64,000 nt of DNA from Planctomycetota bacterium (lineage in GTDB: Bacteria; Planctomycetota; UBA1135; GCA-002686595). The stretch lies in NCBI GenBank assembly GCA_046155895.1, contig JBJXFB010000080.1, positions 23,350 to 87,349 on the forward strand, written 5' to 3'. Positions 45,633 through 58,302 of the stretch are shown here, in pieces (the first letter of the stretch is position 1; each line of letters starts with the position of its first letter). The position numbers and the translations under genes are program-made. The notes beneath the pieces were generated by a model that saw only the letters and a list, made by a program, of their open reading frames with translations, made no database searches and had not been told where the DNA came from.

Positions 45633-48047
45633 TCACAGCGTCACCTTGCGCAGACGCAGCGCATTGAGAACGACCGAGATCGAGCTCAGGCTCATGGCAG
45701 CGCTCGCGAGCATGGGGTCGAGCAGCAGGCCGAAGAAGGGATAGAGTGCGCCGGCCGCGACCGGCACGCCGAGCGCGTTGTAGAGGAAGGCGAAGACCAG
45801 GTTCTGCCGGACATTGCCCATGGTTGCGCGCGACAGCTTGCGGGCGCGCACGATGCCCATTAGGTCGCCCTTGACCAAGGTCACGCCGGCGCTCTCCAGG
45901 GCGATGTCTGTCCCGGTCCCCATGGCGATGCCGACGTCCGCCCGTGCCAGTGCCGGTGCATCGTTGACTCCGTCCCCGGCCATGGCCACCACATAGCCCC
46001 GGGCCTGCAGCCGGCGCACGAACTCGTCCTTCTCCGCGGGCAGTACGCCGGCGGTGACGTCGACGATGCCCAGATCGCGGCCGACGGCTGCGGCGGTCGC
46101 CGGTTCGTCGCCGCTGAGCATGACGACTTGCAGACCTTCCTCGCGCAGGAGCCGCAGGGCCTCGGGAGTCGTGGCCTTGATCGGATCGGCCACTCCCATG
46201 GCCCCTGCCAGGGCGCCGTCGACGAGCGCATAGATAACCGTGGAACCGCTCTCCCGGAGCGCCGCGACCTGCCGCTCGAGTCCCATCGGGCGGACGCCGA
46301 GCTCCGCCAGCAGGGCCTCGTTGCCCAGGGCCACCGCGCGCTCCCCCACGCGACCTTGCACGCCCTTCCCGGGCACTGACGTGAAGTCCGCCAGGGGCAA
46401 CAGCTCGAGACCGCGCTCGTGCGCGGCGGCCAGGACTGCGCCGGCGAGAGGGTGTTCGCTGCCGCGCTCCAGACTGGCGGCCAGCGTGAGCAGCTCGGCT
46501 TCGCCGTACTCGCCGGTCGTAAGCACGCGCTTGAGCCGCGGCTTGCCTTCGGTCAGCGTTCCGGTCTTGTCCACCACGAGCACCTGCACACGCTCGAGCG
46601 CCTGCAACGCCTCGGCATCCCGGATCAGGACGCCGGCGGCCGCTCCTCGGCCGGTGCCGACCAGGATCGACATCGGAGTGGCCAGTCCGAGGGCGCACGG
46701 GCAGGCGATGATCAGCACCGCCACGGCGTTCGCGAGCGCGAAGCTGAAGGCCGGCGCGGGGCCGAAGATGAGCCAGGCTCCCAAGGTCAGGAGGGCGATG
46801 ACGATCACGACCGGCACGAACCAGCTGGCCACCACGTCCGCCAGGCGCTGAATCGGCGCGCGGCTGCGCTGAGCCTCCGCCACCAGGCCCACGATGCGAC
46901 TCAACAGGGTCTCGCTACCCACCCGTTCGGCGCGCAGGATCAGGCTCCCCGCGCCATTCAGCGTCCCGCCGGAGACCGCGTCGCCGGCCTGCTTGGTCAC
47001 GGGCAGGGCCTCACCGGTGAGCATCGACTCGTCCACGTGGCTGCGTCCCTCGAGCACGACGCCGTCGACGGGCACGCGCTCCCCGGGACGCACGCGCAAC
47101 CAGTCCCCCACGTGCACGCGCTCGAGCGGCACGTCTTGCTCGCGGCCGTCGACGCTCACGATCCGCGCGCTTGGAGGGGCCAAGTCGAGCAGCGCGCGCA
47201 GCGCGCTCGAAGTGCGGCTGCGGGCCCGCAGCTCGAAGAATTGTCCCAGCAGGACCAGCGCGGTGATCACGGCCGCGGCCTCGAAGTAGACGGGCACTGC
47301 GCCCTCGGGCCCACGCAGGGACTCCGGGAAAAGCCCCGGTGCTACCGTCGCCGCCACGCTGTAGGCGAAGGCCGCGCCGACGCCCAGCGCGATCAACGTG
47401 TACATGTTGAGGTGGCGCGTCGCGAGCGAGGCCCAGCCCTTGCGGAAAAACGGCAGGCCGCCCCACATCACGACCGGCGTCGCGAGCGCGAGCTGCAACC
47501 AGGCTTGGGCCTGGACGGACAGGACCCGGCTCACGGGCCGACCCGGAATCATCTCGGCCATCGCCAGGGCGAAGACCGGCAGGCCGAGAGCCAGGCTCCA
47601 TCCGAGGCGCCGGCGCGTGTCGACCAGCTCGTGACTCTCACCCTCGACGGGAATCCCGCGCGGCTCCAGGGCCATCCCGCAGATGGGGCAGTCGCCCGGG
47701 TGACCCTGTGCGATTTCGGGGTGCATCGGGCAGGTGTATTCCGTCCCGCGCGGGACCTGGGATGTCTCCGAGTGGGGCTCCGCATGCTCCGTGTCCCCCA
47801 CCACGTGACCGGCGGCGCCGGGGTCGCGAGTTCGCCCTGCGCTGGGACCTTCGTCCCGGCCCGAGAGGTATCGCCCGGGTTCGGCCTCGAAACGCTCCCG
47901 GCACCCCGCGCTGCAGAAGGCAAACGTCGCGCCCCGGTGCTCGAGGACCCTTCCGCTGGCCCTGGCGGGATCGACCCGCATGCCGCAGACGGGGTCAGGT
48001 AGCAGGCTGGCTCGCTCGGGTGCGGCGGTGTGTCCGATCGTCGTCAT
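45633..48047 (-). CDS. heavy-metal (Cu-type) translocating P1B-type ATPase with N-terminal YHS/TRASH and Cys-rich metal-binding domains
   Basis: ATG 48047 after GGAG. YHS-like DPVCGMRVD...[19 protein letters not shown]...[15 protein letters not shown] motif [18 protein letters not shown] phosphorylation site and [10 protein letters not shown]. Confidence 0.9.
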   Translation of the reverse strand: MTTIGHTAAPERASLLPDPVCGMRVDPARASGRVLEHRGATFAFCSAGCRERFEAEPGRYLSGRDEGPSAGRTRDPGAAGHVVGDTEHAEPHSETSQVPRGTEYTCPMHPEIAQGHPGDCPICGMALEPRGIPVEGESHELVDTRRRLGWSLALGLPVFALAMAEMIPGRPVSRVLSVQAQAWLQLALATPVVMWGGLPFFRKGWASLATRHLNMYTLIALGVGAAFAYSVAATVAPGLFPESLRGPEGAVPVYFEAAAVITALVLLGQFFELRARSRTSSALRALLDLAPPSARIVSVDGREQDVPLERVHVGDWLRVRPGERVPVDGVVLEGRSHVDESMLTGEALPVTKQAGDAVSGGTLNGAGSLILRAERVGSETLLSRIVGLVAEAQRSRAPIQRLADVVASWFVPVVIVIALLTLGAWLIFGPAPAFSFALANAVAVLIIACPCALGLATPMSILVGTGRGAAAGVLIRDAEALQALERVQVLVVDKTGTLTEGKPRLKRVLTTGEYGEAELLTLAASLERGSEHPLAGAVLAAAHERGLELLPLADFTSVPGKGVQGRVGERAVALGNEALLAELGVRPMGLERQVAALRESGSTVIYALVDGALAGAMGVADPIKATTPEALRLLREEGLQVVMLSGDEPATAAAVGRDLGIVDVTAGVLPAEKDEFVRRLQARGYVVAMAGDGVNDAPALARADVGIAMGTGTDIALESAGVTLVKGDLMGIVRARKLSRATMGNVRQNLVFAFLYNALGVPVAAGALYPFFGLLLDPMLASAAMSLSSISVVLNALRLRKVTL

Positions 48048-48224
48048 GGGGAAAGCTCCGGTTTGGGGACACCCGCAGAGACGAACGACACTGGGCGGCA
48101 TAACACCCCTTCTTTCAGGCCCTCCTCCGGTTGCGAAAGAGCCCGCAGGCCAGCGCTGGCCGTCACGCAGCGCAATCACCGCCCGCGGCGGAAGCGCGGG
48201 TTCCCCGCCTTCGACTGCGAGCGG

Positions 48225-48824
48225 TCAGTCGCAGGAACCGCCCGAGGCCGCGCAGGTGCAATCCACGCACCCGTGGACGGCACAGGTTCCGCAGGCCGAC
48301 TCGACGCGCTTGCGCAGGGCTTCGCGTGCCCGGAACAGGCGCACCGCTGCGTTGCCGGGAGTGATTCCGGCCTCTCGGGCGTAGTCCTTGACCGAAGCGC
48401 CCTCGACCTCCATTCGCAGAACGGCCTGGGCGTACTCGGGCTTCAGGCTGCCAGCAAGCTCGACCACGCACTGGCAGATCACCCGCTCGGCCTCGGGATC
48501 GGGACCCGCCTCGGGCAGCTCCGCGCCGAGCTGGTCGAGCACGCGCTGCCCCGTGGCGCGCCGGCGCTGGTGATCCACCACGGCGTTGCGCAGAACCCGG
48601 TAGAACCAGGCGGTCAGGGCTTCCCGTTCTCGCAGAGTCGCGCCTCGCTGCAGGCCGCGCACGAACGCATCCTGCAGGATGTCCTCGGCCAGCGCCCGGT
48701 CGCCGACCTTGCTCACGAGGAAGTCGAGGAAGCGCCGGTGCTGCTGGACCAGCAGCTCGGCCACCTCCGAGTCCGGCGGAGCGACGGGGGCCATGTCCTC
48801 CCGACTTGCATCAGGGCCCGGCAT
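48225..48824 (-). CDS. ECF RNA polymerase sigma factor with C-terminal Cys-rich extension (CorE-like)
   Basis: Sigma2 region (FLDFLVSKVGDRALAEDILQDAFVRGL) and sigma4 region (VKDYAREAGITPGNAAVRLFRAREALRKR). CQC motif (RVICQCVVE). 6-Cys tail ACGTCAVHGCVDCTCAASGGSCD. No anti-sigma gene is adjacent. Confidence 0.8.
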   Translation of the reverse strand: MPGPDASREDMAPVAPPDSEVAELLVQQHRRFLDFLVSKVGDRALAEDILQDAFVRGLQRGATLREREALTAWFYRVLRNAVVDHQRRRATGQRVLDQLGAELPEAGPDPEAERVICQCVVELAGSLKPEYAQAVLRMEVEGASVKDYAREAGITPGNAAVRLFRAREALRKRVESACGTCAVHGCVDCTCAASGGSCD

Positions 48825-49119
48825 GGTCTCATGCTAAAGACAAGCATCGCTGAGAGGCAGTCGAAAAGCGGCTTTCACCTCGACCACGAGGCCGAGCTTT
48901 GCGAGCCGGCGGATGAGGTGCGCGGCGACTTGTCTTTGTCGCGGCTGGCACGAGGTCTTCGCGCAGGACGCCCCGCTGCAGCATGTGATCGACGACTGCC
49001 GCCATCCACAACGAAGTCAGCACAGCCGCCCAGCGCTCAGCGCATCGGCAGCACGAGCTCGCCCCGGTGCGGCGCTGCACAGCGCCGCGCGGGCCCCCTG
49101 CGGTCCGCATCCGGATGCG

Positions 49120-49320
49120 GAGAGCCTCGCCGCGGTGATCGACGACCTCGGGCCGATCCTCGTGATCGCACTCTTCTACCCGAGCGGAATCCAGCTCGCC
49201 GGCATGCCCGTGGTGGCGAGCAGCGTGCTCGGCATGCAGTGGGTCGGGGTGCGCTCGCCGTGGGCCTGCGTGCGGCCGACACTGGCGGGCGTGATCGTCG
49301 GGCTGATGACGCCCGTGCGC
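49120..49320 (+). pseudogene. Na+/H+ antiporter NhaA remnant
   Basis: LAAVIDDLGPILVIALFYPSGIQL...TLAGVIVGLMTP matches the NhaA core (compare the E. coli sequence as I recall it: LAIIDDLGAIIIIALFYTNDL...HATLAGVIVGFFIP). The segment between the two blocks is shortened, and both the N- and C-terminal parts of the antiporter are missing. Confidence 0.5.
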
Positions 49321-49592
49321 GCTTGGTACGCGGGCGAGAGCTTCGTGGAACGCGCGAGCCGGCACATCGAGCGTTTCCGCGCCAGCGCGGACGGCTACAC
49401 ACGCCTGGGGGAGCTCGATCGCCTCCAGCTCTTCCTGGTCCGAGAACCGCACTCCGCCATGCGGCTCCTGCGCACACCGGCTACCGTATCGCCCGCGAGG
49501 AGATCCTATACTGGGCCCTATGCCCGGCTTGCTACCTCGAGGCTTCCGAGTCGGGAAATAGAGGGCCGGCGAGGACCGCGGCACCTCCCTGA

Positions 49593-52028
<2,436 letters not shown>

Positions 52029-52061
52029 CCTGAGCACCTCCAACGGGTCACTGGCAACGGG

Positions 52062-52355
52062 TCAATTGCGCGGCACACCAGGCTTGCCCGCGGGGGCGGG
52101 GTTCGCGAGCGAGGCAACGACCGAGCCCGCGAGGATCGCGAGCACGACGACGAGCGAAACGCCCGGATGCATCTTGTAGACGTCCACGAGCGTCATCTTC
52201 GCACCGACGAAGACCAGCACGCCGGCCAGGCCGACGTCGAGGTAGCGGAACTTGTCCTCCAGTCCTCCCAGTAGGAAGAACAGGAAGCCGCCCCACAGGA
52301 GCGGGGTGGCGCCGCCCGTGGTGGGCTCGGTGAGGGGCAGGAAAGCGGGGATCAT
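52062..52355 (-). pseudogene. TerC family membrane protein, C-terminal remnant (last ~2 TM helices only)
   Basis: LEDKFRYLDVGLAGVLVFVGAKMTLVDVY...VSLVVVLAILAGSVVASL matches TerC C-termini. Only about 98 codons fit between the photolyase stop (52435) and this stop, whereas TerC proteins are about 300 aa. Confidence 0.5.
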
Positions 52356-52434
52356 CGCCGTAGTCTTCGCTGACGGGGCCCGCCCGGATTCCCCAGGTTT
52401 CGATTCACGCCGGATTTCTCGCCCGCGGGTCGGA

Positions 52435-53955
52435 TCAGGCTCGCGCACTCCGCCTCGAGGAAGCGGACGGGAGCTCCCATTTCTCCCAGCGCTCGATGTA
52501 CGCGTCCACGCTCAGCTTTCTGCGCGTGTTCTCGCTCGACATGTAGCGGATCTTGCCGAAGACCTCGCGCTCAGGGCCCCATGCACGGTCGTAGCGCCCC
52601 AGCACCCAGAAGATGCCGCTGTAGGAGTTGGGGTCGCGGCCGTCGAGCGCGTACTTGTTGTTGAGCTCGATCATGGTCGCGAGCGCGTCGCGCGGACTCT
52701 CGCTCCAGTGCAGGATCTTCTTGCCCCACAGCATGCGCAGATAGTTGTGGATGCGGCCCTCGATGCGGAGCTGGTTCTGGGCCGCGTTCCACAGATCGTC
52801 GTGGGTCTCGGCGCGCTCGAATTGCGCGAGCGTGTACAGGTGCGGGCGCCGGTCGCCGGCGTGTTCCTCGAGCGTGGTCCGGGCCCAGTCGGGCAACGAT
52901 TCGTAGCGGTCGTAGTCGTCGCGCTGCGCGCAGAAGTTCAGGCCGAGTTCCCGCCAGGTCACGAGCTCGTCCAGGAACGATTCGGCCGCGCCGCTCATGC
53001 CCCACCAGCCCGTGCGCTTGCCCTTGCGCGCCCCCGTCACCTCGCTCGGTGACCAGCCTTCGCGCCGGGCCAGGGCCTGCAACACCTCGTGCGGCGAGAC
53101 GTGGCCGAAGTGCAGGTAGGGCGACAGGCCGGAGGAAGCATCGGACTCGGGCTGGCTGCGCTCCGCGCCGTAGCGTTCCAGGCCGTCCGCGAGGAATCGC
53201 TTCAACGCGCGGCTCCCGGCCTGCGAGCCGCCGGCAAGAGGTGCGGGAGGAACGCCGTGGTCGATGGGCAGCTCGGCCAGGGCCCCGTCTGCGCCGCCGA
53301 GCAGGGACTCGCTGGCGCGCGGCCAGCGCGCGGCCACGCCATCGGGCAGCCGCCGGCACGGACGCAGCTCGGTGCGCAGGGGGTCACTGCGCGGTGCCGC
53401 CGCGAGGTGCGGCGCGAGCTCGCGCTGCAGGAAGCGGCGGAAGTCGAAGGCGCGTGCGAACGACTTGTCGGCCGCGCGAAGCGGAAGAAGGCCGTTCGAG
53501 TCCACGGCCTCGAGCCGCACGGATACCTTCCGGGCCGCGGCCGAGACCATGTGGGGCAGGAAGAAGGCCGGGTATTCGTCGGTCACCACCGCGCAAGCGT
53601 CCGCGGCCAGTCGCTCGACGAGTCCGCGTCCGGCGCCGGCCCGAGGCTCGACGTAGGGGTGGTAGCAGACGCCGCCGCGCTCGAACGCGCGCGCATTGTC
53701 GGCCATCCCGTCGAGGACGAACCGGTGCAGGCGCTCGCTGGCCCAGGGGTAGCCCGCGCGCAGCGCCTCGAGCACGATCAGCGGGCGGTCCAGATCGCGC
53801 GCCAGCTCGACCGCGCGGTCGAGGGCGAAGTTCCAACGCGCGCGGCGAGCGGCGGTCATCCAATACAGGACGTATCTGCCGTCCGTGCGGAACGGCGCCG
53901 CGTTCATGGCGCGAATGCGGATCGCCGGTACGGAACCCGGGTTGTGGGTGCCCAT
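52435..53955 (-). CDS. phr: class II CPD deoxyribodipyrimidine photolyase
   Basis: YVLYWMTAARRARWNFAL. FLDELVTWRELGLNFC. LWNAAQNQLRIEGRIHNYLRMLWGKKILHWS...LNNKYALDGRDPNSYSGIFWVLGRYDRAWGPEREVFGKIRYMS. ATG 53955 overlaps the ybgA stop (TGATG); ATG 53907 is an alternative. Confidence 0.85.
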   Translation of the reverse strand: MGTHNPGSVPAIRIRAMNAAPFRTDGRYVLYWMTAARRARWNFALDRAVELARDLDRPLIVLEALRAGYPWASERLHRFVLDGMADNARAFERGGVCYHPYVEPRAGAGRGLVERLAADACAVVTDEYPAFFLPHMVSAAARKVSVRLEAVDSNGLLPLRAADKSFARAFDFRRFLQRELAPHLAAAPRSDPLRTELRPCRRLPDGVAARWPRASESLLGGADGALAELPIDHGVPPAPLAGGSQAGSRALKRFLADGLERYGAERSQPESDASSGLSPYLHFGHVSPHEVLQALARREGWSPSEVTGARKGKRTGWWGMSGAAESFLDELVTWRELGLNFCAQRDDYDRYESLPDWARTTLEEHAGDRRPHLYTLAQFERAETHDDLWNAAQNQLRIEGRIHNYLRMLWGKKILHWSESPRDALATMIELNNKYALDGRDPNSYSGIFWVLGRYDRAWGPEREVFGKIRYMSSENTRRKLSVDAYIERWEKWELPSASSRRSARA

Positions 53956-54959
53956 CAGGCGTGGTTTCGGAGCATCAGCTCCTTCGGATGCGGGTCGAAG
54001 TAGAGCTGAGCCGCCAGGTAATCGATTTGATGGCGGCGGATGTCGTAGCGCAGGAGCGTCAGCGGCACGACCAGGGGCAGGAGGCCGCGCCGGTAGTCCT
54101 CGATGGCCGACAGGATCTCGCGCTTCTCGAGCGCGCTCAGCTCGGTCTTCATGTAACCCAGCGCGTGCTGCAGCACGTTGGCGTGCCGCTTGTTCGTGGC
54201 TCGCGTGCAGAGCGCCGCCTGGAGCTCGGTCTCGTAGGCCTCGAACAGTTCACGGTTGCCGGTCTTCCCGATGCTGCCCACCAGCCGGCCGAGACGCTGG
54301 TAGGCGGCCTCGTTGTGGGCGCGGATCAAGAGCTTGTGCGCGGTATGGAACTCGACCAGCCGCCGCCGCGTCAGGCCGCGGCTGACCAGCACGCGCCAGC
54401 GATTCCGGCAGAACACGCGTTCGATGAAGTTCTCGCGCAGGTGGGGATCGTTGAGGCGCCCTTCCTCCTCCACCGGCAGCCCCGGCCAGCGGCGCAGCAG
54501 TTCCGCTGCGAAGAGCCCCCTCTCGTCGCGCCGCATCGGCATGCCCTTCTGGTAGACGCGAATGCGTTCCAGACCGCAGGACGGGGAGGACTTCTTCAGC
54601 ACGTAACCGTCGAGGTCTTGTTTCGCCAGCTCTCCGATCCGGCTCGCGGAGTAGGCCTGCATCCGCTGGGTGAAGTCCTCGCCCGTGGAAGGCGCGACCA
54701 TGCGCAGGCCCTGGCCCTCGTCCACCAGGCGCACGGTGGGGCGCGGGGTCCCCATGCCGATCTCCATCTCTGGACAGACCGGGATGAACTCGAACCACTG
54801 GCCGAGGGTCTCGACCACGAAGCGATCGCGCGCGTGACCGCCGTCGAAGCGGACGTTCTCCCCCAGGAGACAGCTGGAGACGCCTATGCGCAGCGGTATC
54901 TCTTTCGAGTGCCAGTGGTTCCAGCAGCCCAGGTCGATGGCGGCCGATTCGACCATCAC
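53955..54959 (-). CDS. ybgA: YbgA family protein (DUF523 + DUF1722)
   Basis: IGVSSCLLGENVRFDGGH...IPVCPEMEIGMGTPRP (DUF523), followed by a DUF1722-type helical C-half. Upstream of the photolyase, as in the E. coli ybgA-phr arrangement. Confidence 0.8.
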   Translation of the reverse strand: MMVESAAIDLGCWNHWHSKEIPLRIGVSSCLLGENVRFDGGHARDRFVVETLGQWFEFIPVCPEMEIGMGTPRPTVRLVDEGQGLRMVAPSTGEDFTQRMQAYSASRIGELAKQDLDGYVLKKSSPSCGLERIRVYQKGMPMRRDERGLFAAELLRRWPGLPVEEEGRLNDPHLRENFIERVFCRNRWRVLVSRGLTRRRLVEFHTAHKLLIRAHNEAAYQRLGRLVGSIGKTGNRELFEAYETELQAALCTRATNKRHANVLQHALGYMKTELSALEKREILSAIEDYRRGLLPLVVPLTLLRYDIRRHQIDYLAAQLYFDPHPKELMLRNHA

Positions 54960-56434
54960 GCAGCCTCCGCCGCGTTCGGCCGAGCTCCGGCCTCCGCCGC
55001 GCGCGCGACGCTCTCGAGCATGCTGGAAAAGATCATGCGGTGCAGAGGGTAGACAAGGTACCAGTAGGCGAGGCCCGCCAACCCGACGGGGTCGAAGATC
55101 GCGGTTTGGCGGATCGTCGCGCCGCCCTCGCGCGGCTCGACTTCGAACTCGAGCCAGGCGCGTCCAGGCAGCCTCATCTCGGCCCGCAGACGCAAGCGGC
55201 GGTCGGGCTCATAGGCTTCCACGCGCCAGAAGTCGAGCGCGTCGCCGACACGGAGCCGATCGGGGTGAGGGCGTCCGCGACGGACTCCCACCCCGCCCAC
55301 CAGGAGGTCGAGGAGGCCGCGCAGCCGCCAGAGCCAGTCGAACGCGTACCAGCCCGCCTCGCCGCCGATGCGGCGGATGGGCGCGAAGGCGCGCCCGGGA
55401 GCCACGGCCACCGTGCGCGCGCGCGCGTCGATCATCCGGTTGCCAAAGCGAACGCCGGCCCAGCTGCGAGCATCGCCACCGGACGAGAAGGCGTCCGACC
55501 AGCGGCTCTCGGCGAACTCGCGCTCCTCGTTGCGCACCGCGGCAGCTACGGCCGCGCGCATTCCGCGCGGGCGCACCGCGAAGGCCTCGAGTGCCGCCAG
55601 GTCGCGCACCACGGATGGATGTTTGATCGACTCGATCAGCTTCCGGCCCACGCGCGCGTAGAGCGGAGTCACGAGACCCAGCCACAGGCTCGAGAGACGC
55701 GGCGTGAGCACCGGCACGCGGATCATGATCCGCCGCAACCCGCGCTGCCGCGCGTACTCGCGCATCAGATCACCGTAGGAGACCCGGTCGGCACCGCCGA
55801 TCTCGAACACACGGCTCGCCTCGAGTGGCACATTCAGCGCCTCGACCAGGTAGTCCAGCAGGTCCTCGATGGCGATGGGCTGCGCTTCCACGGCCACCCA
55901 GCGGGGCGTGATCATGACCGGGAGGCGCTCGACCAGCGCGCGGATCATCTCGAACGACAGGCTGCCCGAGCCGAGCACGATCGAGGCCCGCAGCTCGAGC
56001 ACGGGCACGCCCGACTCGTGCAGGACCCTACCCACCTCCTGCCGGCTGTGCAGGTGCGGCGAGAGCTCGTCGCCGTGCCCCAGCCCGCCGAGGTAGATGA
56101 TGCGCTCCACCCCTGCGCGACGCGCGGCCTGCGCGAAGTTGTGTGCCGCTGTGCGGTCGCGTTCCTCGAAGTCCTGGCCCGAGCCCATCGAGTGGATCAA
56201 GTAGTAGGCGCTCTGCACGCCCTCCAACGCGCGATCCAGGCTCCCCGGTTCGAGAACGTCACCGCCGACCACCTCGGTCTTGGGCCCGACGCGTGCCGCC
56301 AGGTCCTGGGGCCTGCGAGCCAGGCAGCGCACGGAGTGGCCGCTCTCCTCGAGGCGGCGGCGCAGACGGCCGCCGACATACCCGGTGGCGCCCGTGATCA
56401 GAACGAGGCCGGTCATGGACTCCTGTCGACGCAA
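54956..56434 (-). CDS. NAD(P)-binding SDR-family protein fused to DUF2867
   Basis: VLITGATGYVGGRLRRRLEESGHSVRCLARRP Rossmann motif. C-terminal ~170 aa (WYAFDWLWRLRGLLDLLVGGVG.RRGR...DALDFWRVE) match DUF2867. Confidence 0.75.
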   Translation of the reverse strand: MRRQESMTGLVLITGATGYVGGRLRRRLEESGHSVRCLARRPQDLAARVGPKTEVVGGDVLEPGSLDRALEGVQSAYYLIHSMGSGQDFEERDRTAAHNFAQAARRAGVERIIYLGGLGHGDELSPHLHSRQEVGRVLHESGVPVLELRASIVLGSGSLSFEMIRALVERLPVMITPRWVAVEAQPIAIEDLLDYLVEALNVPLEASRVFEIGGADRVSYGDLMREYARQRGLRRIMIRVPVLTPRLSSLWLGLVTPLYARVGRKLIESIKHPSVVRDLAALEAFAVRPRGMRAAVAAAVRNEEREFAESRWSDAFSSGGDARSWAGVRFGNRMIDARARTVAVAPGRAFAPIRRIGGEAGWYAFDWLWRLRGLLDLLVGGVGVRRGRPHPDRLRVGDALDFWRVEAYEPDRRLRLRAEMRLPGRAWLEFEVEPREGGATIRQTAIFDPVGLAGLAYWYLVYPLHRMIFSSMLESVARAAEAGARPNAAEAA

Positions 56435-56438
56435 CGCC

Positions 56439-57044
56439 TCAGCCGCCCGTCACCGGCCGGGATCGGGCCGGCTCGCCACCCGGAGAGGCGGCCGCGAGGG
56501 AGCGAACCTCTCGATCGAGCTCCAGCAGCTTGCCCGCGGAGAACCCTCGATCATGGAACCAGCGGATCTCGCCGTGCGCGTCGATCAACAACACGCGCAT
56601 GTTCCGGCCACCTTCGTTGCCGGTCAGCGTGCGCATGACCCGTGCACTCTCGCCGTAGAGCGTGAGGACCGCGCCCCAATCTTCGTGGGGAATGCCGGAA
56701 CGCATTCCCGAATCGATGAAGCGTGCGAAAGCTCCCGCAATCCTGCCGGGGATCGTGGGCAACTCGAGGACGCGCGCGGGAGTCTCGGATTGCAGCAGCC
56801 CGAACAGCCAGCGGTCCGCGTCGAACTGGGCGTCTTGCTCGAAGCCCACGAGGAGCACCGCGGGTTCCCCGCGGAGGTCCTCGGGCAGGCGCAGCTCCTC
56901 GCCCTCCAGCGTCTTGCCGGCCAGCGGCGGGAGCTCCTCCCCCGTCGGATCGCGGTTGGGATTCGGGGAGCTGCAGCCGGCCAGCATGCTGGCGAGGAAG
57001 CACACCGCCAGGACCGCCGTGTCTTTGCGCTTCGTTCGGGTCAT
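56439..57044 (-). CDS. lipoprotein, thioredoxin-fold-like without CxxC
   Basis: ATG 57044. Lipobox FLASMLAGC. GKTLEGEELRLPEDLRGEPAVLLVGF resembles AhpC/TSA-like proteins, but no redox Cys pair is present. Its stop lies 4 nt upstream (on the minus strand) of the SDR gene start. Confidence 0.5.
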   Translation of the reverse strand: MTRTKRKDTAVLAVCFLASMLAGCSSPNPNRDPTGEELPPLAGKTLEGEELRLPEDLRGEPAVLLVGFEQDAQFDADRWLFGLLQSETPARVLELPTIPGRIAGAFARFIDSGMRSGIPHEDWGAVLTLYGESARVMRTLTGNEGGRNMRVLLIDAHGEIRWFHDRGFSAGKLLELDREVRSLAAASPGGEPARSRPVTGG

Positions 57045-57177
57045 GAAGGTCTTTCGAGCCAAACCCGGCAGTGGATGCGACTCCCTGGATGCATCCAGGG
57101 GGAAGTCAGGGTCGAAGGTAGGGATGCCGTTCGGCTGCCTGAACAGCGCTGCGGCGGAGTCGCCCCCGAACGTGAGC

Positions 57178-57558
57178 ATGTCCACCCACTTGTACCTCGC
57201 CTTCAATGCACTGATGTACGCGGTTTTCGCCGCGTGGTGCACCATGGCCCCGCGACAGACCGCGGAGTTCGTGGGCCTGCGGACGGCCAGCTCGGGAGGC
57301 GAGTCGGAATACCTGGCCGTCTACGGCGGGCTGCAGGCGGGCCTGGCGCTCTTCTTCGGACTGGCGTCCGTCTCCGAGAGCCAGCAGCGCTCGGCGCTCT
57401 GGCTGTCGGTGTTGCTGTACGGGGGCATCTCGGCCTTCAGGACCATCGCGGTCGTTCGGCTCGGATTCGGGCAGCTCGGCAACGCGCGCTTCTTCTACTG
57501 TGCCGAGATCGTGCTCTTCCTGATCGCGGCGCTCCTGCTCGCACGGCGTCCGGCTTGA
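57178..57558 (+). CDS. small 4-TM membrane protein (DUF4345-like)
   Basis: ATG 57178 (MSTHLYLAFNALMYAVFAAWC...). 126 aa with four hydrophobic helices. The family assignment is from memory only. Confidence 0.5.
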   Translation: MSTHLYLAFNALMYAVFAAWCTMAPRQTAEFVGLRTASSGGESEYLAVYGGLQAGLALFFGLASVSESQQRSALWLSVLLYGGISAFRTIAVVRLGFGQLGNARFFYCAEIVLFLIAALLLARRPA

Positions 57559-57741
57559 ATGCGAGGAAGGGAATGCCCGTCGGCGATGCTCGATCCGAAC
57601 AGGCCCGCCTCGCGCTGGCGCCCTCGACACGCCTTCAGGGACCCGGTGCTTCCTACCGGAGCTTGCCTGCCCCCACTCACGCCTGACGCGGGCCGCCAGC
57701 AGGCCCATGAAGTACGATGGCGATCCGAGCGCGCGTACCTC

Positions 57742-58302
57742 ATGCCCGAGTTCAACCCGGACAGCCTGCTACAGCGCATCGCACGCGGCGAGGCCGCGGC
57801 CGTGGAAGCCTGCATGGAGCGCCATGCGCCCCTCGTGTGGTCCCTGGCGAAACGGATGACGCGCGACGTGGGCACGATCGAGGAGCTGGTGCAGGAGATC
57901 TTCGTCGACATCTGGCGCAGCGCGAGCCGCTACGATCCGGCCGTAGCCTCCGAGGCCACTTACATCGCGACCATCGCGAGGCGCAGGATCATCGACCGGC
58001 AGCGGCGCGCCGCGCGGGCTCCGACGGTGGAATTGCCCGAGGAATCGCTGGCCGCCGAGCCCGAGCCCGACTTGTCCTCGGTCGACGACCGCGACGAAGC
58101 CCAGCGGGCCATGCGCGCCCTGGAGTTGATCAAGCCGGAGCAACGCCGTCTGATCCTGATGGCCGTGGTGGAAGGGCTCACGCATCAGGAAATCGCGGCT
58201 CGAACCCAACTGCCGCTCGGAACGGTCAAGAGCCACATCCGCCGCGGACTGGACCGGACGGCTCAGATCCTGCGCGCGCCGCGCACGGAGACTCGCCCGT
58301 GA
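57742..58302 (+). CDS. ECF RNA polymerase sigma factor
   Basis: ATG 57742. Sigma2 LVQEIFVDIWRSASRYDP and sigma4 RLILMAVVEGLTHQEIAARTQLPLGTVKSHIRRGL. Translationally coupled to the downstream anti-sigma gene. Confidence 0.85.
   Translation: MPEFNPDSLLQRIARGEAAAVEACMERHAPLVWSLAKRMTRDVGTIEELVQEIFVDIWRSASRYDPAVASEATYIATIARRRIIDRQRRAARAPTVELPEESLAAEPEPDLSSVDDRDEAQRAMRALELIKPEQRRLILMAVVEGLTHQEIAARTQLPLGTVKSHIRRGLDRTAQILRAPRTETRP

Noticed and set aside
48198-48206. GGGGAAC (minus strand) as a possible ECF -35 element for the ATPase gene.
   Set aside because: There is no CGT-type -10 element at the expected 16-17 nt spacing, so this single pentamer is not sufficient evidence.
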